Assembly: GCF_001194135.2 (NCBI RefSeq)
Contig: NC_068987.1
Location: 40,892,003 to 40,936,489, forward strand
Direction of reading: 5' to 3'
Length of the DNA: 44,487 bases
Source: Octopus bimaculoides
Lineage: Eukaryota
Positions 22,010 to 33,149 of the stretch are shown piece by piece (positions within the stretch are counted from its first letter, which is position 1; each line of letters opens with the position of its first letter). The notes beneath the pieces were generated by a model. It searched no databases and was not told the DNA's origin. It was given only the letters and a program-made list of their open reading frames with translations. A program made the translations under genes and the position numbers.

Positions 22010-23860
22010 TAGGCTAAGGGACATAATAAATTAAATCAACCATAGTGTTTGATAGCTGGCACTTAATTTATCCACCCTGAAAGTGTTAAAGACACATTTA
22101 ACTGTAGGATTTGAATTTAGAAGGTTAAAAAAAAAAAAGCTTACCAAAATACCACTAAGAATTTTGTTTATCACTGTACCACTGCTGCTAACTCACTGCA
22201 AAAGAAAGACCCCCCCCCCCAAAAAAAAACCACAAATAAAAAAGAAAAACAAAAGTTTCTAATATAGGCACAGTGCCTGAAATATTGAGGGAAAGAGTTC
22301 AGTTGATTACATTGACTCCAGTACACAAGTGGTGCTTTATTGTATTAATCTTAGAAAGATGAAAGGCAATGTTGACTTTGGAAGGATTTAAACTCATAAT
22401 ATAAAGAGATGGAATAAATACTGACACTCTTATGGTTCTACTAACCCACCACTACTTTTTGTAATAATTATATCTGACACAGAACAAGGCCTGAAATTTT
22501 CAGGATAGTCAGTATTTGACTGGCACTTTATTTATTGGCCCTGAAGGGATGATCTCAGTGGAATTTGAACTCTAAATGTAAAGAGCCAGAACATATTACA
22601 ATATTGTGTTTTTTTTCCAATACTCTAATGATTCTGTCAATTTACCATCTTTCATTGATTCTGAATTAGGCACAAGGCCTGAAATGTTGTGGTGGGATGA
22701 TGCATTAGGTGATATCATTGACCTTTGACAATGAAAGCAAAGTTGACCTTGGTGTTATGTAAACTCAGAACATAAAGAGCTGGAACAAATATTGGAAAGA
22801 ATTTTGTTGCAACAACAACAATAATAATAATAATTAAAATAATGGTTTCTTATTTAGGCATAAAACCAGCAATCTTGAGGGGAGGGGTTTAGTCAATACC
22901 ATCAACCCTAGTACTTGACTGGTACTTTATTTTATCTAACTCAGTGAGGTGGAAGTTCCAGTTGACTTCAGTGGAATTTGAACTCAGAACATGAAGAGCC
23001 AGAATAAATACTATTAGGTGTTTTGGTCAGCACTAACAATTCTGCCAATCCATGATCCTTTTGTATAATAGTGACTGACATAGGCACAAGTGTACAAATT
23101 TGTGAGAGAGGTTAGGCAGTTAATTCATCCTCAGTACTTGTACTTTATTCTATCAACCCCAGAAGGTTGAAAGTTGAAGTTGATCTTGGCTCCATTTGAA
23201 GTCAGATTACAGAGTCAGAACAAATATCATGAGGAATTTTGCTTATTGTTTACAGTTTCTGCTAATCCATTGCAATAAATAAATAAAAAATAAAAATAGA
23301 AATAATATGAGCAAATAAACAAGTTGATCAGGCAGGACTATATTTAATATAGACATACCTTCCCATGCTGTTAATCTGGAGATATATTTAACTCAATATT
23401 ATTTAACAAGTTAATAGATGAATACAAGAAGACATCTCTGATAATCCACCACCCTAATAGTTCTAATTTTGGTACAAGGCCGATAATTTTGAGTTGGATG
23501 AGGGAACCAATTAAATCAATAAGTGATACTTATTTTATCATCCATGAACTGCTAAAAGCAAAGTTGACTTTGGTGGAATTTGAACTCAAAATGTAATGAG
23601 AAAAAAATACTGTAAAACATTTATTTTGATGCTTTAACTATTCTGCCAGTAATAGCGATGATGGGGATTTCTAACTTAGGCCTGAAGTCATAAATTTGGT
23701 GGTAGGTGTAGTTATTTCATATGTTCCCGCAGGGCCCCACACTGTTTCTTATTTTATTGATCCCCAGAAATATAAAAAAGCAAAGTTAACCCCAGTAAGA
23801 TTTAAACTTAAAGTAATCAGTTGCAGTGATAACAATATTTTATTTTTGAAGATTCAGTTT
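22010..23860 (-). mobile_element. Head-to-tail array of ~8 degenerate SINE copies (same family as 4140-5330, opposite strand)
   Basis: Repeated GGCACAAGGCCTGAAATTT...GTACTT...GATGAAAGGCAAAGTTGAC...GGAATTTGAACTCAGAA...AATTCTGCCA units, the reverse complement of the 4140-5330 unit. Confidence 0.8.
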
Positions 23861-23967
23861 GTCACAGTCAAGAAATGATGTTTATAATAATAATGATGTC
23901 ACTAAAAATTTAGACTGGAGGAATAATTAACACTTTTTTTGTGCAGATATAAGCAATGTATAACCAA

Positions 23968-24020
23968 CTATAATAATAATAATGATAATAATAATAATAA
24001 TAATAATGATTATTATTATT
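23968..24020 (+). repeat. (AAT)n/(TAT)n microsatellite directly before the FAR acceptor
   Basis: TAATAATAATAATGATAATAATAAT...TATTATTATT|TTGCAG. Confidence 0.9.
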
Positions 24021-24078
24021 TTGCAGGTGCTAGTGCCAATAGCTGAAGAATCATTTGGTCAGACAGTGAGGGCCAGCC

Positions 24079-24282
24079 ATGGAAACAAAACCTTTACCAT
24101 CTGTTGCTGAATATTATGCAGGCAAATGCATGTTTATCACTGGAGCAACTGGATTTATTGGTAAAGTCCTCATTGAAAAGTTGCTCAGATGTTGTCCTGG
24201 TATAAAGACTATTTATATGCTAATGCGACCGAAGAAAGGCCAAAGTATTGATGAGCGGTTCCAAGATTTGTTGCACAGTCGT
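24079..24282 (+). CDS. FAR1: Fatty acyl-CoA reductase first coding exon (exon 24027-24282, with 52-nt 5' UTR part)
   Basis: TTTTGCAG acceptor at 24026, strong Kozak GCCATGG, in-frame upstream stop at 24031-24033. METKPLPSVAEYYAGKCMFITGATGFIGKVLIEKLLRCCPGIKTIYMLMRPKKGQSIDERFQDLLHSR contains the Rossmann TGxTGFxG motif; GTGAGT donor, phase 0. Confidence 0.96.
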
Positions 24283-25369
24283 GTGAGTTGGATCTTTCTC
24301 TCTCCCTCACCTCCCTCAGTTTTTCATTTTTGATCCTTTGAATGTGCTTTATCTCCTCATCACAGTTTTATTATAGAAATATGTTCTGTGTTAATTCAGT
24401 CAATTTTAGATTAGTCTCCAACAAAAAAGCATGTTTAGTGGTCTACCAATTCTACCATTCATCATCCTAGTTATGATGTCATTATTTCTAAATAGTAATG
24501 AGATTATTATTAATAAGTAATAGTAGTAGTATGTGGTAGAGGTGGTTTGATTAACAAGATAAGGATTTGTGAGTTCAAATCTATGGCAGATGCTTCATTG
24601 TTTCTGGGCTATTCACTTATCTTCTAGATTGCCCTGATTCATTTAACTGAGCAAATCAATGTCGTAAGTTATTTGATAGGTTCTATCATAGACTTAATAT
24701 ATTGTCCAGTAGGGAAATTTATCTATTAACTTCTTAAAACAAAAGAAATCGCTGATCAAAGCATACATGTAGATATTGAAAAATTGTTCATCTCTAAAGA
24801 TGATGTTAGTTGTTTAAACAGTGATAATTTTATTGAAATCAATTCATCTCAGACATTTAAACAATAGATATCTGCAATGAATATTGATAGTATAGTAATA
24901 TTGCAAGTATATTGAATATTAGGGAATTACTACAGCTCTAGTTATACTTCATATTACATTAAACAAGATGCCTCACCCACTTTTTTTTACTCTTAAGCCA
25001 ATCTTTGTTAAATTAAGGCTTAAGTGAAATTAAGTTTGACTGGAATATTATATTTGTGTATTGTTCTCTTGGTGTCAGCTATTAATATGTTTAATCTTTG
25101 CTTATTATACTTTACTTCACTGATTTTACTTAACCTAACTGCTATTAACAGAAGACCTAGAAATAGAATGATAAATGTTAGTGCAAGGAAAGGGACACTG
25201 ATCTTTGGTAATATGACAATGTTAATAATAGTGGTAATGATGATGATTGTCAGGAATGTAGAGCAACTAAATGTAAAGCTCCAGTCTTTGATTATGTCAC
25301 AATGTTAACAACACCAATGATAACAGTAACAAATACCACCACAACAAAATAATAATGATAATAATAATA

Positions 25370-25990
25370 ATCCTTTCTACTATAGGCACAGGCCTGACAT
25401 TCTGGGGAAGGGCTACTCAGTTACATTGACACCAGTGCACACCTGGTACATATTTCACCAGCCCTGAAAAAATGAAAGGCAAAGTCAATCTTGATGGTAT
25501 TTGAACTCAGAATGTAAAGACTGACGAAATACTGCTAAGCATTTTGTCTTACATGCTAATGATTCTGCCAGCTCACCACCTTAATAAAAAAAAAAAAAGA
25601 CTACTACTGCTGCTGCTGCTGCCAATGATGATGATGATGATAGTAATAATAATAAGCAGCAGCCTGGAGTTAAGAAGTCTGCAGCTGAAACAAGCTTTTC
25701 TCCAGTGCTAACCACTACAATAGCAACAACAGGCATCACACCAGCAAAATGATAATAATAATAATCCTTTCTACTATAAGCACAAGGCATGGAATTTCTG
25801 CATGTGTGTGTGTGTGTGTGTGGATTGTCAATCACATTGATCTCAGTACTTGACTGGTACTTATTTTATCAGCTCTGAAAGGATGAAAAGCAAAACTAAC
25901 CTCAGCAGAATTTGAACTTAAAAAGCAAAGACAAACAAAATGCTGTGAAGCCTTTTGTCTGGTGTGCTAACGATTCTGTCAGCTTGCTGT
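25370..25990 (-). mobile_element. Two further copies of the same SINE in FAR intron, separated by triplet microsatellites
   Basis: GGCACAGGCCTGAC...TGAAAGGCAAAGTC...TTTGAACTCAGAATG...ATTCTGCCAGCTCACCACCTT at 25385-25582; similar copy at 25780-25990. Confidence 0.75.
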
Positions 25991-26499
25991 TTTAATAATG
26001 ATGATGATAATAATCACCATGGGCTCAGAAAGTGTGCAACTGAAACAAGCTCTTCTCCAAATACAAACTTGAATAGTCTCATGAATGAAATTAATCTCAA
26101 CCCACGCCCTCCAATTTCAGCAACACAAGGAAGATAACAATCTAAATGTATCAAATGGACTCAGAAGGGTATAAAGAAGTGATACTGGAATCATTCGCTT
26201 TATGGACATAATGCATTTCTGAAAACCTGGCAGTAACAAGAAAACCTGTAATGCAAAATTAATTTTTCCATTGATTTTCATGTTACCAAGTGAGATTGTA
26301 TTCCTATGGATGTTTTTGAAAAACAAAACGCACAAGAAAACAACAAAATGAGCAACATGATCGCCTTTATACATGAAAATAATTTCTAAACATACACTGT
26401 ACAATATAGATACATAAAACTCAAAAATATTTCAAGAGGAATATATTCAAGAAGAATTAATAAGATTCATAATATCATAAGAGTATGTTCATATCACAA

Positions 26500-28149
26500 A
26501 AAATGTCGATTCTGTGTGAAGGGTCGTGGTGGAATGAACATTACTGGGAGGACAAGGGACAATATTTACTAGCTTATAGTTCATTGTCACCAGCATCAGT
26601 TGGATGGGTGAAGAGCTTTTCCAAAGTTGTTGTTTAAGATACATCATCCCTTTGTAGAGCTCAGTGTAGGAACTGAACTCATTGTAAATTCTTCCTGTAA
26701 TTTTTGTTATGGTAATGATTAGGATCATTATCAGCAAAAACTTGCAGACCTTCCTCTTTAAGTGCCAACTCTTTAGCAATAATTTTTGTAGTTAATTTAA
26801 GTGGTGTAGGTGGAACTTCAGTTGTTTCCTCTATATTCTTAGCTTGTTCTTTTTCTAACAACATCAGCACCTCATTAGATAAACTTTCCTGCTAGGAACT
26901 AGCAAATCAATCATATCCTTTACGACATTTTCAAATCCTACATCTTTTACAAGTGTTGTAATATCTTTCTAAATTTTATGTAGACTTTCTGCTTGAGAAA
27001 ATCTTCTAATGTCATGGAAACAGTCTGGCCATTTATTTTTCCAAGAAGTATTCAAAGCTGAAGGTTTTTCTTCATCCCATGACTTAGCTATATTATCTGC
27101 AGCATCCATTATGTTGAATTTCTTCCAGAAATCTCTAGCTGTTGGTTTATCCTCACTGTCAGTTGCTTTCACAAGTTCTTTAATACTTATATGATATGCC
27201 TTGAAGTTAGCGATCACACCTTGATCACTTGGCTGCAGCAAAGACGGTGTATTCTTGTGGAAATATTCTACATTATCAGAAAGGTCATCTAAGTTCACTA
27301 AATGACTCTTTGGAAAGGCTCTGAGTCATTCAGGCATTCTTATTTGAATGCCAAATCAGAGGTAGGTTAACTGTGTAACATTTGAAAGCCCTTGGATTTT
27401 TGGAGTGGTACAAAAGTAGGGGTTTTACTTTCCTATCATCAGCTTCATTTCCTCCAAAAAGAAGTGTCAGACAATTTTTGGAAGCTTTAAATCTTGGTGT
27501 TTTTGTTCTTAAAGAATAAAAATTCTAGCAGGCATACACTTCTAGAAAAGTACAGTTTCATCAATTTTGTATACCTGCTCTGGTGTATAGCTCCATTCAG
27601 CAATCATTTTCTTCAGCTGCTCTGGATAATTAGTAGCAGCCTGTATATCAGTGCTCACAGTTTCACCAGTCATTTTTATGCTGTTCAAATTTATGTATTT
27701 CTTAAACTTTTCAAACCAGCCTTTACTAGCCAAAAAAGGTTTTTCATTAGAAGTTTTCCCTTCCTTTTTCTGCAAATTGTCATAGAAACTTTTGGCTTTA
27801 TTTTGAATTACTGTGGTGTTTATATCATCACATTGCACCAACTCTGCCCCTCAATTGATACACTCAAAAGTCATCCCATTTTAAGCTTTATACTAAATCT
27901 AAGGTAAAATAAGGTCCGGGCAGTTAATGGAGTAACTTCTTGAGCACTTGATGTGATTTTCTCTCTGTTGTCATGCATTGTTCCCATTGCAGATGTTGCA
28001 AGATTTAATGTTTTGGCAATATAACTTAGTTTTTCTCCCACATCAAGTTTAATATCCAGTGCAATCTTTTAGCAGTTCCTCTTCACACTACTGCCTTCAG
28101 TTCTTCTTGATAGCTTCTTTTCAGACAACAGCAGCAAGTAATTATCCAT
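26500..28149 (-). mobile_element. Degraded pogo/Tigger-like transposase
   Basis: LDIKLDVGEKLSYIAKTLNLATS (HTH); IQNKAKSFYDNL...FLASKGWFEKFKK (CENP-B HTH); PEQVYKIDETVLF; KPLLLYHSKNPRAFK; NTPSLLQPSDQGVIANFKAY...RDFWKKFNIMDA. Confidence 0.88.
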
Positions 28150-28618
28150 TACAAATACTAGCAGAAAGACCACCCTCCAGGTGGTTTTCTGCTAGCCACT
28201 CGATATTTCCACATTTGATTCCGAATTCTAATAATTTTTATGATATTTTATCTCTAATTATTTCTTTGTATAATAGTGCTCACTTGGTTAGTAAATATTG
28301 ATTTTATTATTTTATAAGTCATAATCTCTCTTTTTTAAAGAGTCAATCATTAATAATTGGTAGAACTTACATAGGTATGGATGGATGGATGCACACACAC
28401 ACACACTCACGTGCACGAAAGTCTAGTGCTGCGAGAACTCATGGGAATGACGTTTCCTTACTTTTTCAAATATACCCAAATTTAAAATGATCTAATATAA
28501 TGACATCATTTGTTGAAATATGCCAAAACAATTTAATTCCACACAAATATATGTTACTTTACATATAATTTATGTGTTAATTCTATTTACTGAAACTTGC
28601 TAAAAAGCATATTTTGCT

Positions 28619-29740
28619 TTAAAGTAGTATCTCCTTGTAGACACATTTGTCAGTAATCATACTGTTTCCATTTCTCTCAGCCAATATTTTTACATTAGTC
28701 TTCTTTTGAACTGTAGATAATGCAACATACAGCTGACCATGTGAGAAGAACTGTGTTGGGAGATATATTCCAATTTGTTCAAAAGTCTGTGCCTGTACCT
28801 TGTTGCACGTCAAAGCAAAAGCTAGCTTGACAGGAAATTGCGTGTAAATGTAGATGGCAATTCCATTTCTTGAGATATATGTGGTATTCTTGGGATTAGC
28901 AGATTTGATCCTGCACAAGGACCAGAAGCAACCTCAGCCTCAATAACATGATCATGTAAACTGACAATGATGTAGTGTGTGCCATTGCAATGTCCATTAG
29001 TAGCATCTAAATTTCTCAGAAGCATTATGCATCGTTTTTTCTTCAGTTTGAGAATATGTAGTGGAAACCCTTGATGGTGTAAGTTTGTTGATGAACTCGA
29101 TTGGGTACAGAGTTTCATTATCAACTGTATCTGAGCTTCTGTATATTTGTTTTAGCTCACTAGGGATCCTAGTCAACACAAAATCATTCACAAATTGTGC
29201 TACTTCATTTGTTGGAGTAACGATGGTGCAATTTGTAAGCCACACAGGGTTTGTGAAGTTATTTTCGAGGTCAGCATATACAAAATCACATAGATATGAA
29301 AGAATACCACTTTCAAGGCAAAGATCATTGGGTAGTTTAATTTTGAATTCACCTAGGCTTTGTTCAATAGAAATGTTAACATTTCCTATATCAAGAAGGT
29401 AATTAGCAAACTCTCTTTCATTAGAATGACATTCTGTAAGAAGTCTTTGATTGGTTGACAACTGCACTACTTCCACATGATTGCAAAGAAAAGATCATTT
29501 TAGTGTTGCATCAACAATTTGTGATCTGACACCATTATTTTGAAGTAGAATATTCTCCTCTCGAGATACCCTAACCAGTTGGTCATGTGTAGCAGAAACA
29601 GAATCATGTCTATGTCTCTGTATATTCAGACATCTGTTTCAGTTGCTTTGCCATGGTTTCATCTGATTCAGTTGCTCATCTGAATTGTGTCTTTGCCGTT
29701 GTGCCTTTGCTGCTAAATATTCTTTTTCAGTTGCATATTA
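28619..29740 (-). mobile_element. Helitron RepHel remnant (PIF1 helicase C-terminal half)
   Basis: RSQIVDATLK*SFLCNHVEVVQLSTNQRL...EFANYLLDIGN...IVTPTNEVAQFVN...YPIEFINKLTPS/GFPLHILKLKK..CIMLLRNLDATNGHCNGT...IPRIP/QFPVKLAFALTCNKVQAQTF..IGIYL...FSHGQLYVALS...VYKEILL*. Confidence 0.92.
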
Positions 29741-29846
29741 TATATAAATTAAAGCTTGTTAAAAACTATCTTGTTTAGCATGCTAGAAATAGTGGCGATC
29801 ACATAGTTATTATTGTTAGGCTTATAGTGTTCCAAGTAACCATACC

Positions 29847-30147
29847 AACAAAATCACTTCTTCATTTAAAAAAAAAAAATTATACCAGTATATTGAAGAG
29901 TTTTCATTTTGTCAAAAATATTCATTTAACAAACTCTGGAAACTGATAATATTCTGGAAATTGTGCCTCGTATCAAAGTTATACAGCTATTTTGTGTAAT
30001 AGCATGAATTCATTCAACACAAAATCACTTTAAAATTATACCAGTATATTAAAAAAATTTCATTTTATCAAAAATTTTAATTTAACAAACTCTAGAAACT
30101 GATAATATTCTTGAAATTGTGTCTCATATCAAAGTTATATAGCTATT
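29847..30147 (+). repeat. Two-copy AT-rich direct repeat (~140-bp unit), probably Helitron subterminal
   Basis: CAAAATCACTT...ATTATACCAGTATATT...TTTAACAAACTCT.GAAACTGATAATATTCT.GAAATTGTG.CTC.TATCAAAGTTATA.AGCTATT at 29847-29991 and ~30018-30147. Confidence 0.85.
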
Positions 30148-30230
30148 ATTAAATTATCATTAATGAAAATAGAGGCAAGTGTGAATGAGAGACTGTTGCA
30201 AATAAAAACATAAAATGTTGCCTGCAATGA

Positions 30231-30792
30231 ATTAATAGTGTCTTAGGGAAATTTCGAACCTGGGTTCTCATTCCTAAGGTATGCGTCATTATATTCAAGC
30301 CAGGTGGTATTAGCTTTGAGTCTCTACATCTACACAGGAAAGTTAGATGGTTTGAAAGACAAGCTAGTTTTTGATGGAGTTTCTCTATATGTCTCCATTG
30401 AAGTCTAATGTCAGCTCCATACCGATTAGATAATGCAGTTCTATATTTAAGAGATGAGGAATATGTACATTATTTACAATTGATGGATATTTGTCCTCAT
30501 TTTGTTTGTCATTAACACAACGTATAGGCTGATATACCATCCAGCCTCCATCAGGTGTCTTGGGGTGATTTCGAACCTGGGTTCTCATTCCTAAGTATGG
30601 AAAAATGGAGACCACCTTCCCCTGTGGGATGAAGTTAAAATAATAAACAGAGAACACCACTGGAAAATACGAAAACTAAAAGAAGCAGCACATATGCTAG
30701 GACACAACAACCTTCTAAGCAGACCGAGTGCAGATATGAACAGCAAATGGGAACTGGTATTAAGGAAGGATAGGAGAATATTAGATTTATAA
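30231..30792 (+). mobile_element. Penelope-like element remnant (UTR-like repeats plus GIY-YIG endonuclease C-terminus)
   Basis: Stop-free 65 codons at 30595-30789: VWKNGDHLPLWDEVKIINREHHWKIRKLKEAAHMLGHNNLLSRPSADMNSKWELVLRKDRRILDL, resembling the H..DW..VKI...E..W..RK.KEA.HI motif of PLE endonucleases. Direct repeat GTGTCTT.GGG..ATTTCGAACCTGGGTTCTCATTCCTAAG at ~30237 and ~30555. Confidence 0.7.
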
Positions 30793-30821
30793 GCCCTGAA
30801 ATTCACTCCATAATTGCCCAT

Positions 30822-30892
30822 GGGCATATGGCGTAGTGGTTAAGAGCGTGGGCTACTAACCTCAATATCCCGAGTTTGATTCCAAGCAGTGA

Positions 30893-30940
<48 letters not shown>
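30822..30940 (+). mobile_element. Short tRNA-derived SINE with (AAT)n tail
   Basis: A box TGGCGTAGTGG, B box GAGTTTGATTCC, ~77-nt head followed directly by (AAT)n. Confidence 0.75.
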
Positions 30941-30941
<1 letters not shown>

Positions 30942-30964
30942 CACCATCACTATCACCATCATCA

Positions 30965-31160
30965 TCATCTTTTCTACTATAGGCTCAAGGGGCCTGAAAT
31001 CTTGTGGTAGAGGTATAGTCAATTACATCGATCTCAATACTTGGCTGGTACCTTGAAAGGATGAATGGCAAAGTTGGCTTTGCTGGTATTTGAATTCAGA
31101 ATGTAAAGATGGATGAAATACTGTAAAGCATTTTCTGTCTGGCATGCTAACAATTCTACC
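30965..31160 (-). mobile_element. Single copy of the Nin/Deu-like SINE
   Basis: CTACTATAGG...GGCCTGAAAT...GGATGAATGGCAAAGTTGGC...TTTGAATTCAGAATG...AATTCTACCAGTTCAC. Confidence 0.7.
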
Positions 31161-31602
31161 AGTTCACAACAGCAGTAACAGTTTTAGTTTAATCCATGCA
31201 TGAATCATCTTACCTAAAGTTCTGCTGCTTCATCTTAATGTTTCATTTCTATTATCCTCCTATTTATTGTATAAAAGCCTGTGTCAGATATGGTGTAATA
31301 TTTATGACTCTGGAATGGTTAGCAATGGAATGAGGCCAATTTTCAGCTGACTCCATTTTTTTTTTAGTTTCTTTGGTGTTTTAGGGTCTTTTTAACAGAA
31401 TTGTCAGCATTCAGACATCCTTAGGTCCTCTTTTGCTTGTATGTTCCTTGTAGACATTGATATTCAGGTGTCTAAGTTGGTCATTGGTTGTATCATTCTC
31501 ATTAGTCAGATACAGCCCACTACAAAAGTACTTGGCATTGTCTTTGCTTTGTTAACTTATAAAAAATTGAAAAAGACATGATAAATTATCTCTGTATGGA
31601 AA

Positions 31603-31830
31603 CATCATCATCATAATCATTCAATGTCTGTTTTCCATTCTGGTATGGATTGGATGGACTGACAGGATCCAGCCATGTATGCTGAGCTCCAGAGTTAGCT
31701 TTGGCATGGGTTCTATGGTTGGATGCCCTTTCTAAAGCGAAACACATTACAATGTATACTGTGTGCTTTTTTTTGTGTGTGTGTCATTGGCACTAGTGTA
31801 GCCAAGTAACTTTGCAAGACAAAGAGAGAA
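31603..31830 (-). mobile_element. Degenerate RTE 3' tail fragment
   Basis: CATCATCAT...TTTTCCATTCTGG.ATGGATTGGATGG...TGGATGCCCTTTCTAA. Confidence 0.65.
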
Positions 31831-32759
31831 AAAGGAAAAGAACCTACTACTAAGCAAGTAGGGTGAGTATTTCAGGGGTGGGTGGCTTTGTACCAAGTGT
31901 TGAAAGGCTAAGGTATGATAGAGGGAAAAGCATAGGTGTTTTGCTGCAGAAGGGATGCATGGTTACCACACATTATATGGGGGTAGATGAGAGTAGTTGA
32001 GAAGGAGATAAAGATAGTAGTAATGGAGTGCCAGAGCAAATTCTCAAGATAAAGGAAGGGGAGTATAAAAGAGGATATGGATAGTGGCTCAGAGTTGGGA
32101 TGGTGAGAGAGGGCAGTTGACAGATAGCTAGAGATGGTGTAGAGGAGGTACAGTTGATGGGAAATATCAGTATGGTTAAGTGGTTCAGGAAGGTTAGAGC
32201 AGAGGGCAGTGGGGAGGATGTGCATAATGTAGGAGTGGTGAGGGGGAAGATGGAAGATTATATAGGGGTGGCTATAGTGTGTGGGACAAGATGGCATGTA
32301 TGAGGAGGTGTTGAGAATGAAAGCAAATTTATGAAGTGTTAAGTGGAATATAGCAGAGGAGAGTGATAACTGAAAACACAGAAATGAGGTGATTGGTGAA
32401 ATTGGGTGAGAGGGGAAGGGAGTATAATAGGAAAGAGGTAACTGGTGGTATAAAGGAAGAGGGAGGAGAAATATGTGCTATTACAGCCCTCAAGTGGTAA
32501 CAGCCCCCAGGTTGTGCCATAGATAGAGGAGTAATGGACAGCTGGATGTTAGGGGCATGAAATGTGGAGATTGCTTGTTGGGGCACAATGAGCTACAAGC
32601 ACACACACAATGCTTCTAGGACTTCGCTTTTGCTGTGGTGGACAGGTATGAGTCTTTTTGAGCACAGTAAATTGCCAATCATCTTGGTCCTTTGTCATCT
32701 CCTCTGTGAGGCTCAGCATCTAGAGATCAGCTATCACTATTTCGTCCCATATCTTCCCT

Positions 32760-33060
32760 AGTCTCCCTCTTCCATCGGTTCCATCCACTTTAAGTGACCA
32801 GCACTTCTTTGTGCAGCTGTCCTCATCCATATACATCACATGACCAAACCAGTGCAGTCTTCTCGCACACTACATCTAATTCCTCATGCACATTATTTCT
32901 CACAACACCTTAGCACTTTGTTGTACATTCACATTAATGTTGCACGTCCAATGGAATGTACTAGTTTCATTCTACTCTAGTCTTTGCATGTGCTCTACAT
33001 ACACGGCCCACATCTCACTATCATGTGGCATCGTTGTTCATGTGCAATCATCATACAATC
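32760..33060 (-). mobile_element. RTE LINE C-terminal fragment
   Basis: RRLHWFGHVMYMDEDSCTKKCWSLKVDGTDGRGR. Confidence 0.75.
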
Positions 33061-33149
33061 TGTATTTTATTTGGAGAGAGACCTTTTGTAGCCTCATCTC
33101 ATCTTATTCCTGGGTTGGTCTTAGGAGCAGAGCACTCCTTCCATTGGAT

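Noticed and set aside
25024-25308. 94-aa hydrophobic ORF in FAR intron
   Set aside because: AT-rich low-complexity sequence, TTG/GTG-type start, no splice signals or motifs.
26117-26404. Possible antisense exon after TTTTCAG on the minus strand
   Set aside because: None of the three frames gave a recognisable protein, and no convincing donor was found.
27494-27907. 137-aa plus-strand ORF
   Set aside because: Antisense shadow of the Tigger transposase.
28400-28450. Definite Helitron 3' terminus
   Set aside because: CTAG is present, but on the coding (minus) strand it is followed by A rather than T and the hairpin is weak; kept only as a candidate.
31880-32590. His/Pro/Leu-rich ORFs from GA-rich tracts (also 36271-36795 and 42400-42900)
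   Set aside because: Compositional bias of purine-rich repeats gives stop-poor antisense frames with no protein signal.
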